The notes beneath the pieces are model-generated. The model was not told the origin of the DNA. It ran no database searches and saw only the letters and a program-made list of their open reading frames with translations. A stretch of 64,000 nt of DNA from the NCBI GenBank assembly GCA_963849325.1, contig CAWKHF010000002.1:160001-224000 (forward strand), written 5' to 3'. The position numbers and the translations under genes were made by a program. Position 1 is the stretch's first letter. Each line of letters opens with the position of its first letter. This DNA is from an uncultured Planctomycetota bacterium. GTDB taxonomy: Bacteria > Planctomycetota > Planctomycetia > Gemmatales > Gemmataceae. This document shows positions 49,833-61,677 of the stretch, one piece after another.

Positions 49833-52800
49833 ATGCTCCGTCATTCGACCCAGTCTCTTCTCCTGGCCGCCTGGACTTTTGCCGCCGTCGTCTTGCACGT
49901 TTCTCCGCTCCGCACGGCGGACGAGCAGAACATCTTCACGCAGAAGCCCGAGGTCGCCCCAGCCCGCGTGCGCGGCAAAGCGCCGGCGCCGATGCCGAAG
50001 GAACTTGCTCCGCCGTCCGACTTGTTCAAGAAAGGCCCCACTCCTCTGTGGATCTGGGGGGCGGACAGCAATGGTCGCTACGTCCTGCGTAAGGAGTTCC
50101 CCGGTGGCTCGACGGCGGCGCGTCTCAAGGCTACCTGTGACAACCGCATGAAAATCGCCATCAACGGCCAGGAGGTTGCCCACGGAGATAACTGGCAGAC
50201 GCCCGTCGAGGCCGACGTGCAGAAATACCTCAAGCCGGGCAAGAACGTCTTGACCGCCGACGTCACCAACGACGGCGGGGTCGCCGGCTTCCTTCTCAAA
50301 CTCGTACTGACCATGCCCGACAAGGAGACGCGCTACGTCGTCTCGGATGAGACGTGGCAGGCGAAGGAGGCCAAGAGGAACGCCAAGGCGGTCTCGGCCC
50401 GCAAGATCGCCAAGCTCGGCGACGCTCCCTGGAGGGACGTTTTCGACGCCCCCACCAGTTCGGCCACGCCTTCCGGCGTCTTCAACGTGCTGCCGGGCTT
50501 TCAGGTGGAGCGACTCTTTACCGTGCCGCGCGACAAGCTCGGCTCGTGGGTGAGCATCACCTTCGACAACAAGGGCCGTCTGATCGCCAGCGATGAGGCC
50601 CGCAAGGGTCTCTGTCGCATCACGCCGCCGCCGCTCGGGCAGCTCCGAGCCGGTCAAGGTCGAACACCTCGACGTGAAAATCACGGCGGCTCAGGGACTG
50701 CTCTATGCGTTCGACAGCCTGTACGTGTCCGTCAACGGCGGGCCGGGCAGTGGGCTGTACCGGCTCCGCGATACCAAGGGCAACGACCAGTTCGACGAAG
50801 TGGTGAAGCTGCGGCCGCTGGCCGGCGGCGGCGAGCACGGGCCGCACGCCGTGCGCCTGTCGCCGGACGGTAAATCGCTCTTCTTCGTCTGCGGCAACCA
50901 CACCGACCTCCCGCCGAAGATCGATGGCAGCCGCGTTCCCCGCAATTGGGGCGAGGACTTGCTGCTGCCGCGCCAGTGGGACGCCAACGGCCACGCGCGC
51001 GGCCGCATGGCCCCCGGCGGCTGGATCGCCAAGACCGACCCCGATGGCAAGACGATTGAGATATTCAGCGTCGGTTATCGCAACGCCTACCGCTTCGCCT
51101 TCAACGCCGACGGCGAGCTGTTCGCCTACGATTCCGACATGGAATGGGACATGGGCATGCCGTGGTATCGGCCGACGCGGGCCATGCACGCCGTCAGCGG
51201 CAGCGAGTTCGGCTGGCGCAGCGGCACCGGCAAATGGCCGGCCTACTACGTCGATAGTCTGCCGGCGATGGTCAACATCGGTCCCGGCTCGCCGGTCGGC
51301 ATGAGCTTCGGCTACGGCACGAAGTTCCCGGCCAAGTACCAGAAAGCCCTGTACCTGCTCGACTGGACGTTCGGCACCATCTACGCGCTGCACCTGGAGC
51401 CGGACGGCAGCACGTACAAGGCGGTCAAGGAGGAGTTCCTGTCACGCACGCCGCTGCCGTTGACGGACGTGGCCGTGGGACCGGACGGGGCGCTGTACTT
51501 CACGGTCGGCGGACGCGGCACCCAGTCCGAGCTGTACCGCGTCACCTATGTCGGCAAGGAATCGACGGCGCCGGCCGACCTCCACGATTCGCGCGGCGCC
51601 GAGCGCGGTCCCTGCGGCACCAGCTGGAGAAATATCACACTCCGGCCGACGATCCGGCGAAGGCCGTCGAGTTCGCCTACCCACACCTGGGACACGGCGA
51701 CCGCTTCATCCGTTACGCCGCCCGCGTGGCCCTGGAGCATCAGAAGCCGGTGCTGTGGCAGGATCGCGTGCTCGCCGAGCAAGACGCCGAGACGCTCATC
51801 ACCGGGTCCGTGGCCGTGGCACGGCAGGGTTTTCCGTCATCGCAATCGCAGCTCCTGGGGGCACTGGACCGCCTCGACTTCGCCCGACTCACCGAGTCCC
51901 AGCAACGGGAACTGCTGCGCGTGTATCAACTGGTCTTCATCCGCATGGGCGAACCCGACAGGACGACGGCGGCCCGCGTGGCCAAGAAGTTCGACGCCTT
52001 CTATCCCGCCCCATCCGAAGCGCTCAACCGCGAGCTGTCCACGCTGCTCGTCTATCTGAAGTCGCCGACGGTCATCGCCAAGACCATTGCCGAGATGCAG
52101 CAAGGAGTCGAAGAAGACCAACGCGGAGCGGATGGACGAGTTGCTGGCCCGCAACCAGGGTTACGGCAGTACCATCGCCAAGGTGGCAACCAACGGGGCG
52201 GACCTGCAGAAGCTCCACTATCTGTTCGTGCTGCGGAACCTGCGCGACGGCTGGACGATGCAGCAGCGGAAGTTCTACTTCCAGTGGCTCAGCGACGCCC
52301 GCAAGTACAGCGGCGGAGCCAGCTACCAGGGCTTCCTCAACAACATCGAGAAGGAAGCGTTCGAGAACGCCAGCGAATCGGAGCGGCTGGCCATCGAGGC
52401 GGCCGGCCTGCGCAAGCCATTCCAGATGAAGGAACTGCCCAAGCCCAAGGGTCCGGGCCACGACTGGAAGCTCGACGCCCTCGTCTCGTTCGCCGAATCT
52501 CGGCTCAAGAGCCGCGATTTCAAGAACGGCCAGAAGATGTACGCCGCCGCTCGCTGTGTGATCTGCCATCGCTTCAACGGCGAGGGCGGCGCCACCGGGC
52601 CGGACCTGAGCCAGGTCGCCGGCCGTTTCAACTTGAAGGATCTTTGCGAGTCCATCGTCGAGCCGAGCAAGGTTGTCTCGGACCAGTACCGCGCTTCCGT
52701 CGTAACCACCAGCAGCGGCAAGGTATACACGGGACGCATCATCAACGAGACCAAGGAGGCGCTGACGATCCTGCTCGACCCGGAGGATTCGACGAAGATC

Positions 52801-52959
52801 GTGGAGGTAAAGAAGAGCAACGTGGACGAGGTCAAGCCGTCGCCGGTTTCGGTGATGCCGGATGGTCTGCTCAAGACGCTCAACGAGAACGAGGTGCTCG
52901 ACCTGCTCGCCTACCTGCTCTCGCGCGGCGACCCGAAACATCCGATGTTCCGCAAGTAG
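49833..52959 (+). CDS. PVC-type heme-binding protein (carbohydrate-binding-like + beta-propeller + HEAT + cytochrome c); several frameshifts
   Basis: GGEHGPHAV, GYRNAY, YDSDMEWD.G.PWYRPTR, CVICH...GGATGPDL...ESIVEPSK, SVMPDGL. Confidence 0.82.
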
Positions 52960-52964
52960 TCCGG

Positions 52965-53003
52965 CCGCCCGCGGCGCATGCGATCGGCATGCGCCGCGGG
53001 CGG
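52965..53003. terminator. GC-rich hairpin between convergent genes
   Basis: CCGCCCGCGGCGCATGC-GATCG-GCATGCGCCGCGGGCGG. Confidence 0.6.
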
Positions 53004-53010
53004 AGCGCGG

Positions 53011-53839
53011 TCACTCAAAGAGTGAGCGCTGCTCGGGCGGCCGATCCGCGAACGGCTCGACAACGCGGGCTTGAGGTAATCGTTCTCCGATCAAATCGCG
53101 CAGCTGCCGGGCGTTGGCGATGGCCTGCCCACCAAAACAATTGTTGAACAGAAACAACACCTCCTCGGTTCGGTCCTGTGCAGCGCGCAAAGATTCCACC
53201 CACTCAGCCAATTCCGGATCTGCGTAAGTGTAATCGTAGCGCTCCTTGTCGGAGGCGTACCAGTTGGCCGCCTTGCGCGAGTGCAGCCGCACATAGGCGC
53301 GGCGGCTAGACTGCACCCATCCGCGCGGGAACAGGGCCGGCAAATCGGGCACGTCAACGGCTACCAGATCGAGATGGTTCGTCGCCATCCAGTCCGCGAG
53401 ATCCGCGCGCCCAGGAGCGATGGCGGAACTCGACGGCCAGGCGAAAATCAGCCAGTTCTCCGCTCAACGTCTCCAACCAGGCCAGGGCTTTCTGTCCGAA
53501 GCGAGTGGACTGAGGCAACTGGCAGAGCAGCCCCTTGAGCTGGTTGCGGCGCTGTAGCTCGATGACGGCCTGTCGAAAGCCGGGCAAGTCGTCTGTCTTC
53601 TGCTCGTGACTGAGGGAACGCGGCAGCTTCACGAGGAACGAGAAACCGTCGGGCACATGGTCGGCCAGTCGCGCCAGCATGTCCGCCGTGGGGGGGCGAT
53701 AGAAGGTGAAATTCAACTCCACCAGCGGAAAGCAGCGACTGTAGTAGGCCAGCATTTTGCCGGATCGGGTGCCGGGAGGGTAGAAGGACCCGACCCAATC
53801 CCGATAAGAATATCCCGAGGTGCCGATCCACACGTCCAT
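53011..53839 (-). CDS. DUF72 domain protein; frameshift near 53400
   Basis: WIGTSGYSYRDW.G.FYP, VELNFTFY, AVEFRH, YVRLH, LFNNC..GQA..NA. Confidence 0.88.
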
Positions 53840-53846
53840 AAAGAGT

Positions 53847-53945
53847 TAACCACGGATGAACACAGATCAACACGGATAAGACCGAAACAATAGTTGAATT
53901 ATCGTTTGGTCTTCCATCTGTGTCCATCTGTGTTTATCTGTGGTT
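53847..53945. repeat. Intergenic inverted repeat (ACCACAGATGAACACAGAT family)
   Basis: TAACCACGGATGAACACAGAT ... ATCTGTGTTTATCTGTGGTT. Confidence 0.88.
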
Positions 53946-55399
53946 TATTTTTGGTGTGTGCCGCTGAGAGTGTGCCAACCCGAGTCCTCCGTTCGCAGCG
54001 CCGGCTCTGAAACGGCTTCCTGACGGGTGGCCCAGGCCAGTACGCGGCGAGCGACTTCGGCCGCCTGTCGGCTGTGCAAGGGCGGCAGAGGCTGATCGAG
54101 CGCCAGGCCGAGGTCCACACCGAGGCGGCGCTGCACGACCTGGGCGATGCCCAGGGCGATCTCGCGGTTGGGCAGCCGGGCCAGGTCGTGCAGGGCGGCC
54201 ACGGCCTCGGCGCAGTTGCCCTGCTCCAACAGCGCTTCCACGGCGATCAGGCGCAGCGGCGCCGGGTTGAGCGGATCGAGCAGTTGCCGCAACAAAGGGT
54301 CATCCAGCTCGCGGTTGGCATGGAGCACCCGCGCCAGCTCCAGCCGCAGCAGGGCCGGCGTGTGCGCGTCGGCGAGCTGCCGGCGCAGACCTTCCGCCAG
54401 AGTGGGGTCCGGCGCCAGCGACAGCACGCGATGATAATGACAACCGAGTGTCAGCGCCGCCCGCAGCGCCTGCACGCCCTTCTCGGTGCTCCACGCGGTC
54501 AGGTCGGCCACTGCCTCCGCGGTCAACACGTTGCCCTCGTGACGCATCGGTCCATCGTCCTGACACACGGGGTCGGCCAGGGTGCGGCGCACGGCCAGGC
54601 GAATCCACGGCCAGTTCTGCTCGGTGTTCCACAGCAGCGCTTCCGCGGCGGTCTGCCGGACCAGCGGCGACGAGTCGCGCAGGAACTCGGCCAGCGCCTC
54701 GATCGTGGTGCGGTCGTCCACGTTCGCCAGGGCGTTGAGGGCGGCGGCGCGTACCTCCGGTTCGACGGCGTGCTGGGCTAGCTGCAAGATCACTTGCGGT
54801 TGTCCCGGCCGCCAATTCTGTCGGAATTCGAGGGCGGACAGCGCCGACACGCGCACCTCCGGCCGAGGGTTGGACAGCAAGGACAGGGCCGGCGACGCAT
54901 CGACGTGTAGCGCCTCGCGCAGCGCCTTCACTTCCGGCAGCAGCCGGCAGTCGTTCAGCTGCGCCGGCCAATCGAGCCGATGCGCCAACCGATGCGCCAG
55001 CTGACGCGCTCGTCGTAGCGTCGGGCGCCCGGACTCGCGCAGGCACTGCGCCGCGAAGTAAACCAGCGGCACCACGAGAAGGACGGCCTGGGCCAGATGC
55101 AAGAACCAGTCATCCGCGCCGACCGCCCCCAGCAGCATCCAGCTCAGGGCAATCACGTAGAGCATGATGACGGCGGACCCGGTCAGCTCGCGCCGGCCCT
55201 GCCGGCCGAAGAGAGACAGGCCGCAGGCCAGCAGCTGGAAGAGAGTGCCCAGCCAGAGCAGGCGCGGAGAGGCGCTGCTTCCGCGCAGGCAGCAGATCAT
55301 CAGCAGGATCAGGGGCAACAGCAGCAAACAAAGGCGGCCCGCCATCAGCAGGAAACTCGCCCTTTTGCTACCGGATTCGCCCCGTGCGGATGCGTGCAT
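53945..55399 (-). CDS. Membrane-anchored HEAT-repeat protein
   Basis: Four N-terminal TM segments; PEVRAAALNALA and DSSPLVRQTAAEAL repeats. Confidence 0.75.
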   Translation of the reverse strand: MHASARGESGSKRASFLLMAGRLCLLLLPLILLMICCLRGSSASPRLLWLGTLFQLLACGLSLFGRQGRRELTGSAVIMLYVIALSWMLLGAVGADDWFLHLAQAVLLVVPLVYFAAQCLRESGRPTLRRARQLAHRLAHRLDWPAQLNDCRLLPEVKALREALHVDASPALSLLSNPRPEVRVSALSALEFRQNWRPGQPQVILQLAQHAVEPEVRAAALNALANVDDRTTIEALAEFLRDSSPLVRQTAAEALLWNTEQNWPWIRLAVRRTLADPVCQDDGPMRHEGNVLTAEAVADLTAWSTEKGVQALRAALTLGCHYHRVLSLAPDPTLAEGLRRQLADAHTPALLRLELARVLHANRELDDPLLRQLLDPLNPAPLRLIAVEALLEQGNCAEAVAALHDLARLPNREIALGIAQVVQRRLGVDLGLALDQPLPPLHSRQAAEVARRVLAWATRQEAVSEPALRTEDSGWHTLSGTHQK

Positions 55400-55605
55400 A
55401 CTCGTTGCTACTTTGCCGGCGTATCTCCGTCGCCGCGACGCTTCGAGACGGCCCGGACGCGGAGAATGGCCGTCCGCATTTGTCCCTCTTCAGTATGGCT
55501 TACGGAAGAAGAAAAGGCCAAGGCGAGAGGGGAACTCTGACGCTGCGGCGAAAACTTCTGTTAGCATGACGGTCGCGTCCGATCCTGGGAACTGGAGTTC
55601 GATCC

Positions 55606-57372
55606 ATGAAGTGCATGCTCGCCGGCCTGTGCCTGTGTCCGTTCGTCCTCATGGTTTTGTCCGCTCCGGCCTCCTCCGCGGAGACGGAAGACGAACGGTT
55701 GACGGCTTTCTTCAAGACTTATCTGGACGAGGCGTTTCGCCGCCGGCCGTTGGAGGCGACGCGCCTGGGCGATCATCGCTTCGATCATCTTCTCGACGAC
55801 ATCTCGGCGGAGGCCCGGGCCGGCTGGGCCGACCATTACCGCGCGACCCTCACCGACCTGCCGCGCAAGATCGATCCCGGCAAGTTGTCGCGCTCCGCCC
55901 AGATCGATTACGAGATCTTCAAGCACAACCTGACCGCGTCGCTGTGGCTGGCCGAGAACACTCACCCATTTGAAACCGATCCACGCACCTACAGCGATTA
56001 CCTCGGGGACAGCGTCTATCTTTTGCTCACGCAGTCCACGCAGCCCAAGGCGACGAACCTCCGCAACTGCGTGGCCCGCATGGCCTTTTTCCCTCGCATC
56101 CTCGCCGCCGCCAAGCAGAACCTGAACAACCCGCCTCTCGTCGTCCTGGAGACGGCCATCCGGCAGACTCAGGGCGCCATCGCCTTTTACGACCACGGCA
56201 TCTACGAGCTGGCCGGCGAGAACCCCCAGCTGAGCGATCTGAAGCCGGCCGCGGCGCGCGTTCTGCCCGCGCTGAAGGACTATTTGAAGTTCCTCGAAGA
56301 CTGGCGGCCGCGAGCGAAGGGTGATTGGCGGCTGGGGAAAGAGAAGTTTGCCCGCAAGCTCGACCTGGAACTGGACGCGAACCTGTCGGCGGACGAAGTG
56401 TTGAAAGAAGCAGAGACGGAATTTGCCCGCGTCGAGCGTGACCTGTACGTTATCGCTCGCCAGTTGTGGAGCGCCACGCATCCCGGAAAGCCGCTGCCGC
56501 CCGACGACGCCAAGGGGCGAAGTGAAACCATTCGCCTCGTCCTGGATCGACTCAATCAGGAGCACGGCAAACCGGACGACCTGGTACAAGATGCCCGCGC
56601 CACCGTCCAGCGCATCAAGAGGTTCATCGCGGACAACGACATCCTCCGCCTACCCGAACCCGACCAGTGTAAGATCATCGAGATGCCGGAGTTCCATAGG
56701 GGCAATTCGTTGGCCTACCTCAACCCGGCTCCGCCGCTGGACGACAAGGCGGCGAGCTATTACGCCATCAGTCCGCCGCCGAGTGGTTGGGACGCCCGCC
56801 GCGTCGAGACCCTTTTGCAGGAATACAACTCCCGCATGATCCAGGTGCTGACCATCCACGAGGCGTACCCCGGCCATTACGTCCAGCTGGCCTATTCCAA
56901 TCGCCATCCGTCGCTGATCCGCCGCGTCCTCTCCTCCGGCGTCTTCGCCGAGGGCTGGGCCGTCTACACCGAGCAGATGATGCTCGATCAAGGCTACGGC
57001 AAGGGCGATCTGGCCCTGCGGCTCAATCAACTGAAGTGGTATTTGCGCAGCGTGGCCAACGCCATCCTCGATTACAAGATGCACTGCGCGAACCTGAGCG
57101 ACGAGGAAGCGATGGAGCTGCTGACCAGGCGAGCCTTCCAATCCGAGGGCGAAGCGGTGGGCAAGATCATTCGCGCCAAGCAAAGCTCCTGCCAGCTCTC
57201 GACGTACTTTGTCGGCCGGACGGCCTTCTACCGTCTACGCCAGCAAATTCAGCGCGAAATGGGCGAATCGTTCCAGCTCGGCCGCTATCACGAGGCTGTC
57301 CTCGATCACGGCACGCTGCCGGTGAAGTATCTGCCGGAACTGGTGCGCGAACGGCTCAAGCGGTCGCGCTGA
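55606..57372 (+). CDS. DUF885 family protein
   Basis: ATRLGDHRFD, LTIHEAYPGHYVQ, FAEGWAVYTE, TYFVG. Confidence 0.9.
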   Translation: MKCMLAGLCLCPFVLMVLSAPASSAETEDERLTAFFKTYLDEAFRRRPLEATRLGDHRFDHLLDDISAEARAGWADHYRATLTDLPRKIDPGKLSRSAQIDYEIFKHNLTASLWLAENTHPFETDPRTYSDYLGDSVYLLLTQSTQPKATNLRNCVARMAFFPRILAAAKQNLNNPPLVVLETAIRQTQGAIAFYDHGIYELAGENPQLSDLKPAAARVLPALKDYLKFLEDWRPRAKGDWRLGKEKFARKLDLELDANLSADEVLKEAETEFARVERDLYVIARQLWSATHPGKPLPPDDAKGRSETIRLVLDRLNQEHGKPDDLVQDARATVQRIKRFIADNDILRLPEPDQCKIIEMPEFHRGNSLAYLNPAPPLDDKAASYYAISPPPSGWDARRVETLLQEYNSRMIQVLTIHEAYPGHYVQLAYSNRHPSLIRRVLSSGVFAEGWAVYTEQMMLDQGYGKGDLALRLNQLKWYLRSVANAILDYKMHCANLSDEEAMELLTRRAFQSEGEAVGKIIRAKQSSCQLSTYFVGRTAFYRLRQQIQREMGESFQLGRYHEAVLDHGTLPVKYLPELVRERLKRSR

Positions 57373-57413
57373 CGATCAGTTGTCATTAGAGGCACTAACA
57401 AAATACAATTTTG

Positions 57414-57445
57414 ACCACGGATAACACGGATAAAACGGATAACAC
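57414..57445 (+). repeat. Single arm of the 9-mer repeat family, next to the IS5 left end
   Basis: ACCACGGATAACACGGATAAAACGGATAACAC; no complementary arm seen. Confidence 0.7.
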
Positions 57446-57458
57446 AAAAGAAGCGTTA

Positions 57459-58391
57459 AGAGCCTATCCGAATAACCTGGTGACGAGTACAATGTCTATA
57501 GTCCGTCGGCACTTGTGTCTCGATGACTGGCGTTGTGCGGAGGCTCTACCATGGACGAACGACCCATTCCGGACGATTGGCGTATCTCCGATGACCTCTG
57601 GGAGGCCATCGCTCCGCTGCTGCCCGAACACCCAAACACACACCGCTTCGGCGGCGGTCGGCCCCGAAAGCCCGACCGTGTTCTGCATGGAAGCCATCCT
57701 CTTCGTGCTCCGCACCGGCTGTCAATGGAAGGCGCTGGACGCCACCAAGTTCTGCCCGGCTTCCACCGCCCACGATCGTTTTCAAGAATGGGTCCAGGCC
57801 GGCGTCTTCCGGGAACTCTGGGAACACGGCTTGATGGCCTACGACGACTGGAAAGGGATCGATTGGTCCTGGCTGTCGATGGACGGGTGCATGACCCAAG
57901 CACCCCTTGGGGGGGAAAAAGACGGGCAAAAATCCCACCGACCGGGCCAAGAAGGGCAGCAAACGCAGCCTGCTGACCGAGGCCGAGGGCATCCCGGTGG
58001 GACTGGCCGTGGACGGTGCCAACCGTCCGGACATGAAGATGGTCGAAGAGACTCTCGACAGCATCCCCGTGGAGCGTCCCGAGCCGACGCCCGACGAGCC
58101 GCAGGGTCTGTGCCTGGACTTGGGCTATGACTATGACGAGGTGCAAGCGATTGCCGAAGAATTCTACTTCACGACGCATCTGCCGCCCCAGAAGGGAGCC
58201 GCGCAGCAGGTGAAGCGGAAGGCGGGCCGTAAGGCGAGACGTTGGGTGGCGGAGCGGACGCACAGTTGGATGAACCGATTCCGCGGCATTCTGATCCGTT
58301 GGTGCAAGAAGGCCGAGAACTATATTGCCCTGTTGCATATGTCTTTCGCCTTCATCATTTACAAGCGTATGGGGTTAACCGGATAGGCTCT
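57459..58391 (+). mobile_element. IS5-family insertion sequence
   Basis: Terminal IR AGAGCCTATCCG / CGGATAGGCTCT flanked by TA on both sides. Confidence 0.88.
57551..58386 (+). CDS. IS5-family transposase (two-ORF type, slippery G/A run near 57910; extra frameshift near 57680)
   Basis: ISDDLWEAIAPLLP, EAILFVLRTGCQW, TGKNPTDRAKKGSKR, DLGYD, RWVAERTHSW. Confidence 0.85.
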
Positions 58392-58432
58392 TAGCGGAGG
58401 TCGCCGTCCTCCGCTCGGTTGGCGAGGTCATC

Positions 58433-58738
58433 ATGGATCTCGATGCGAAGGTCTGTTACTGTTTTCACGTCACGCAGCGCAAGCTGCTCAACTTCCTCCG
58501 CGTCGAGAAGCCGCGCGTGGCCAGCCAGTTGTCCGAGTGCGGCGGCGCCGGCACCGGCTGCGGCTGGTGCATCCCTTACCTGAAGCAACTCTTCCAGCAG
58601 GCCGCCGCGGGCGGCGCGACCGAACTGGAGCAACTGACCCCGGCTGAATACGAGCGTCGCCGGGCCGTCTATATCCGGGCGGGCAAAGGCACGCCGCCGC
58701 CCGGCGCCACTCCTTTGCCGACCGATTCCGAAACCTGA
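58433..58738 (+). CDS. BFD-like (2Fe-2S)-binding protein
   Basis: VCYCFHVT...GAGTGCGWC. Confidence 0.85.
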   Translation: MDLDAKVCYCFHVTQRKLLNFLRVEKPRVASQLSECGGAGTGCGWCIPYLKQLFQQAAAGGATELEQLTPAEYERRRAVYIRAGKGTPPPGATPLPTDSET

Positions 58739-58894
58739 TCTTTGGCGATGGCTCGACTTGATGCTGGCGATGCCCCGCGAAGGGTGTTACTTTGTGGGGA
58801 CAGTGGAGTTCTTGCCCGAAGTGTTCCGCGGCCGCCGTACACCGTCCGTCGGGACGGATGGGACGTGCTTACCTGGTCTGAAGGGAGAAACAGC

Positions 58895-59957
58895 ATGGAG
58901 AAGAAAAAGGTTTGTCCGGATTGCGAGTCGGCCGATCTCGGCTTCGACCGTCGTGATTTCCTCCGCAGCGTCGGCGTCACCGCCGCCGCCGCCTCCGCCG
59001 TCAGCTTGCCCTTGTTCGCCACCGCCAAGGTCCACGCAGCGCCGAGCCAATCCAGCGCCGCCGAGACCGCCGTCAAGGCCCTCTACGATACTCTGACCGA
59101 TCCGCAGAAAAAAAAGATCTGCTTCGACTTGGATTACAAGGACGAGGACGGTCTGCTGCGGACGCACGTCTCGAATAACTGGCAAATCACCGAGCCGCAC
59201 ATCCGCAGCGATTTCTACACCCGGCAACAGCAGACGATCATTCACGACATCTTCCGCGGCATCATCAACCCGGAGTGGTACGCGCGGTTCCTCAAGCAGC
59301 TCAAGGACGACACCAACGGCAAGCCGTGGGGCGCCGATCAGAGCATCGCCATCTTCGGCAAGCCCGGCGGCGACAAGTTCGAGTTCGTCATGACCGGCCG
59401 GCACATGACCGTCCGCGCCGACGGCAATACCGAGTCGCACGTCGCCTTCGGCGGCCCGATCTTCTACGGCCACGCCGCCAGCGGCTTCAACGAGAAGGCC
59501 GGCCACCCCGGCAACGTCTTCTGGGAGCAGGGCCGCAAGGCCAACTACGTCTACCAGATGCTCGACGGCAAGCAGCGCGAGGCCGCCCTCGTCGCCAAGC
59601 GGCCGCATGAGTCGGCCGTGGCCTTCCAGGGAGCCAACGGCAAGTTCCCCGGCATCCCCGTGACGGAGCTGGCCCGCGATCAGAAGGCCGAGCTGCAAAA
59701 GGTGCTGTTGGCGCTGGTCGAACCGTACCGCAAGGAGGACCGGGAAGAGGCGCTGGAATGCCTGCAGCAAGCAGGGCGGCCTCGACAAGTGCAGCCTGGC
59801 CTTCTACAAGGACGGCGACATCGGCAACGACGGCGAGTGGGACAACTGGCGCCTGGAAGGCCCGTCGTTCGTGTGGTACTTCCGCGGTTCGCCGCACGTC
59901 CACGTCTGGGTCAACGTCGCCGATGACCCCTCCGTCCGAACGAACGCCAAGGGATAA
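58895..59957 (+). CDS. DUF3500-like Tat-exported protein; frameshift near 59775
   Basis: DRRDFL Tat motif, FVMTGRHMT, GGPIFYG, WRLEGPSFVWYFRGSPHVHVW. Confidence 0.75.
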
Positions 59958-59963
59958 TCTTGG

Positions 59964-60024
59964 TTAACCGCGACGCGCAGCGGAGCGCGGGACCGACCCG
60001 CGCTCCGCTGCGCGTCGCGGTTAA
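59964..60024. repeat. REP-like palindrome (28-bp arms), same family as 16440-16498
   Basis: TTAACCGCGACGCGCAGCGGAGCGCGGG-ACCGA-reverse complement. Confidence 0.9.
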
Positions 60025-60027
60025 ACT

Positions 60028-61172
60028 TCAGCGCATACTGCTCCACAATTCGGCCGCACCGGGCAGGCTCATGCCCGGTACGGTCAAATTGTGCTTGAGG
60101 GCCAGGTCGAGTAGACGGAGCGGATATTCCGGCCACTTGCCCTCGAACTGGCGCAGCCGGTGGAACTCGACCGTTTTCACCGCTTGCCGCAGTGTGGTTT
60201 CGATGAAGGTCTGTACGGCCGGCGGGAACTCGTTCGGCCGGCTCGCGCCCAGGGGAGGCATGGCCCTCCGCTGCTCGTCGGTCAGCAGGGTCACGAACGT
60301 CCTGGCCCATTCCGGCCAGACGCCCTCGACCTGCTGGAGCTTCTTCCAGGCGTCCACTCGTCGCTCCCAGAACGGTTTCGGACCGGCGATGCTCTTGGCC
60401 TTGTCCGGAAGGTCTTCGTAGCGCGTGACCGGCCGGTTCGGCGGCGGCAGGGGCGGCAGCACGGGATGCAGGTCGGCGAGGTGCTTCACCGTCCGCGGAA
60501 ATTCCGGCTGGCCCTCTGCCTCCTCGTACTGGCGCTTTTCGTCGGCGCTCAGCCGTGGCAGCAGGTTTTTCTCGACGTAGTCGCGGACCTCCGGGGGCAA
60601 GTCGCGTCGGTGCGCCGGCGGCTTCGCCGGCCGCCCGGCAGCACCGGCGCCGAGCGGCCGCTGCCAGAGTCGGCGCTGAAGACGCTCTTGCTCGCGGAGT
60701 TGGACGATCCGCTCCGTCCTTTCCTCGGGGGGTAGCTGCAGCAAGTTGTCGCGCACTTTCCGCGGCAAACGCTCGAACCATTGCCGCTGTCGGATCTCCC
60801 TAATGAGGCGCAGCCGTTCGTGCCTGTCGGCGGTCGTCTCAATCTGTCGTCGCTGGTCCTCGGGCAGTCGCTCCAGCCACGCGCCATAGCGTTCGACGGC
60901 CTTCCACAGCCGTTTTTGCGTGTTCGCGTCGAGTTGATGGAATTCCTTGTCGAGCCGGCGAAGACGGTCGCGCTTCGCCTCGGGTAAGGCCCAGAACTCT
61001 TGCAAGTCGCGGCGAAGGCGGGCGTAATGCTCGGGGTCCGTCTTCCACTTCTCCAGCAGCCGACGGTTGTGGGCCAGGTTATCCGCGCGCGCGCCTCTTC
61101 GTCCGTCGGCATCGCCGTCAAAAGGAATCCCAGCATGGGGGTGAACAACAAGACATAGCGCGAGATGGACAC
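60028..61172 (-). CDS. Hypothetical helical protein (DUF3106-like repeats) in the ECF sigma operon; frameshift near 61085
   Basis: Signal-like N-terminus; FWALPEAKRDRL, WLERLPEDQR, WFERLPRKVR repeats. Confidence 0.65.
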
Positions 61173-61182
61173 GCTCGCCTCC

Positions 61183-61677
61183 TCAGGAATTCGTGGCTTC
61201 GTCGCCGAATAACTCGGGCGTGTCGAGCGCCCGCCAGAAGTCCAAATCCTCGACCAGATCGTAAGAACGCTTATTCTCGATCAAGCGCAAATCGTGGATA
61301 AGTTCCGGATCGCCCGGTTCGCGCGGCACGCACCAGTTAAAGCCTGCGTAGCCGCCCCAGCCGGCCAGGAGCAGCGCCGCCGCCCAGCCCAGGCCGAGGC
61401 AGCGCGTCCTCCAACGCTGTCCGCGTCGTCCTTCGTTGTCCCGCACCGGCGACAGTCGTTCGAGGGTGCGATTGGTGAAGGTAGGCGACGGCTGCGGGCG
61501 CGGGAGGTAATCGAGCAGCTCCCAGGTACGGCGCAGGGAGTCGGCCTCGGCGCGGGCCGCCGCGTTCAAGCTCAGCTTCGCCTCCAGGTCGCGGGCGGCC
61601 TCGTCGGCCAACTCGCCGTCGAGGTAGGCCACCAGGTCGGCCCGCTCCTGTTCGCTCATGGGAGACGGTTCGGTCAC
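61183..61677 (-). CDS. Membrane-anchored anti-sigma factor
   Basis: LVAYLDGEL...LEAKL, single TM helix; overlaps the sigma stop codon. Confidence 0.8.
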   Translation of the reverse strand: MTEPSPMSEQERADLVAYLDGELADEAARDLEAKLSLNAAARAEADSLRRTWELLDYLPRPQPSPTFTNRTLERLSPVRDNEGRRGQRWRTRCLGLGWAAALLLAGWGGYAGFNWCVPREPGDPELIHDLRLIENKRSYDLVEDLDFWRALDTPELFGDEATNS

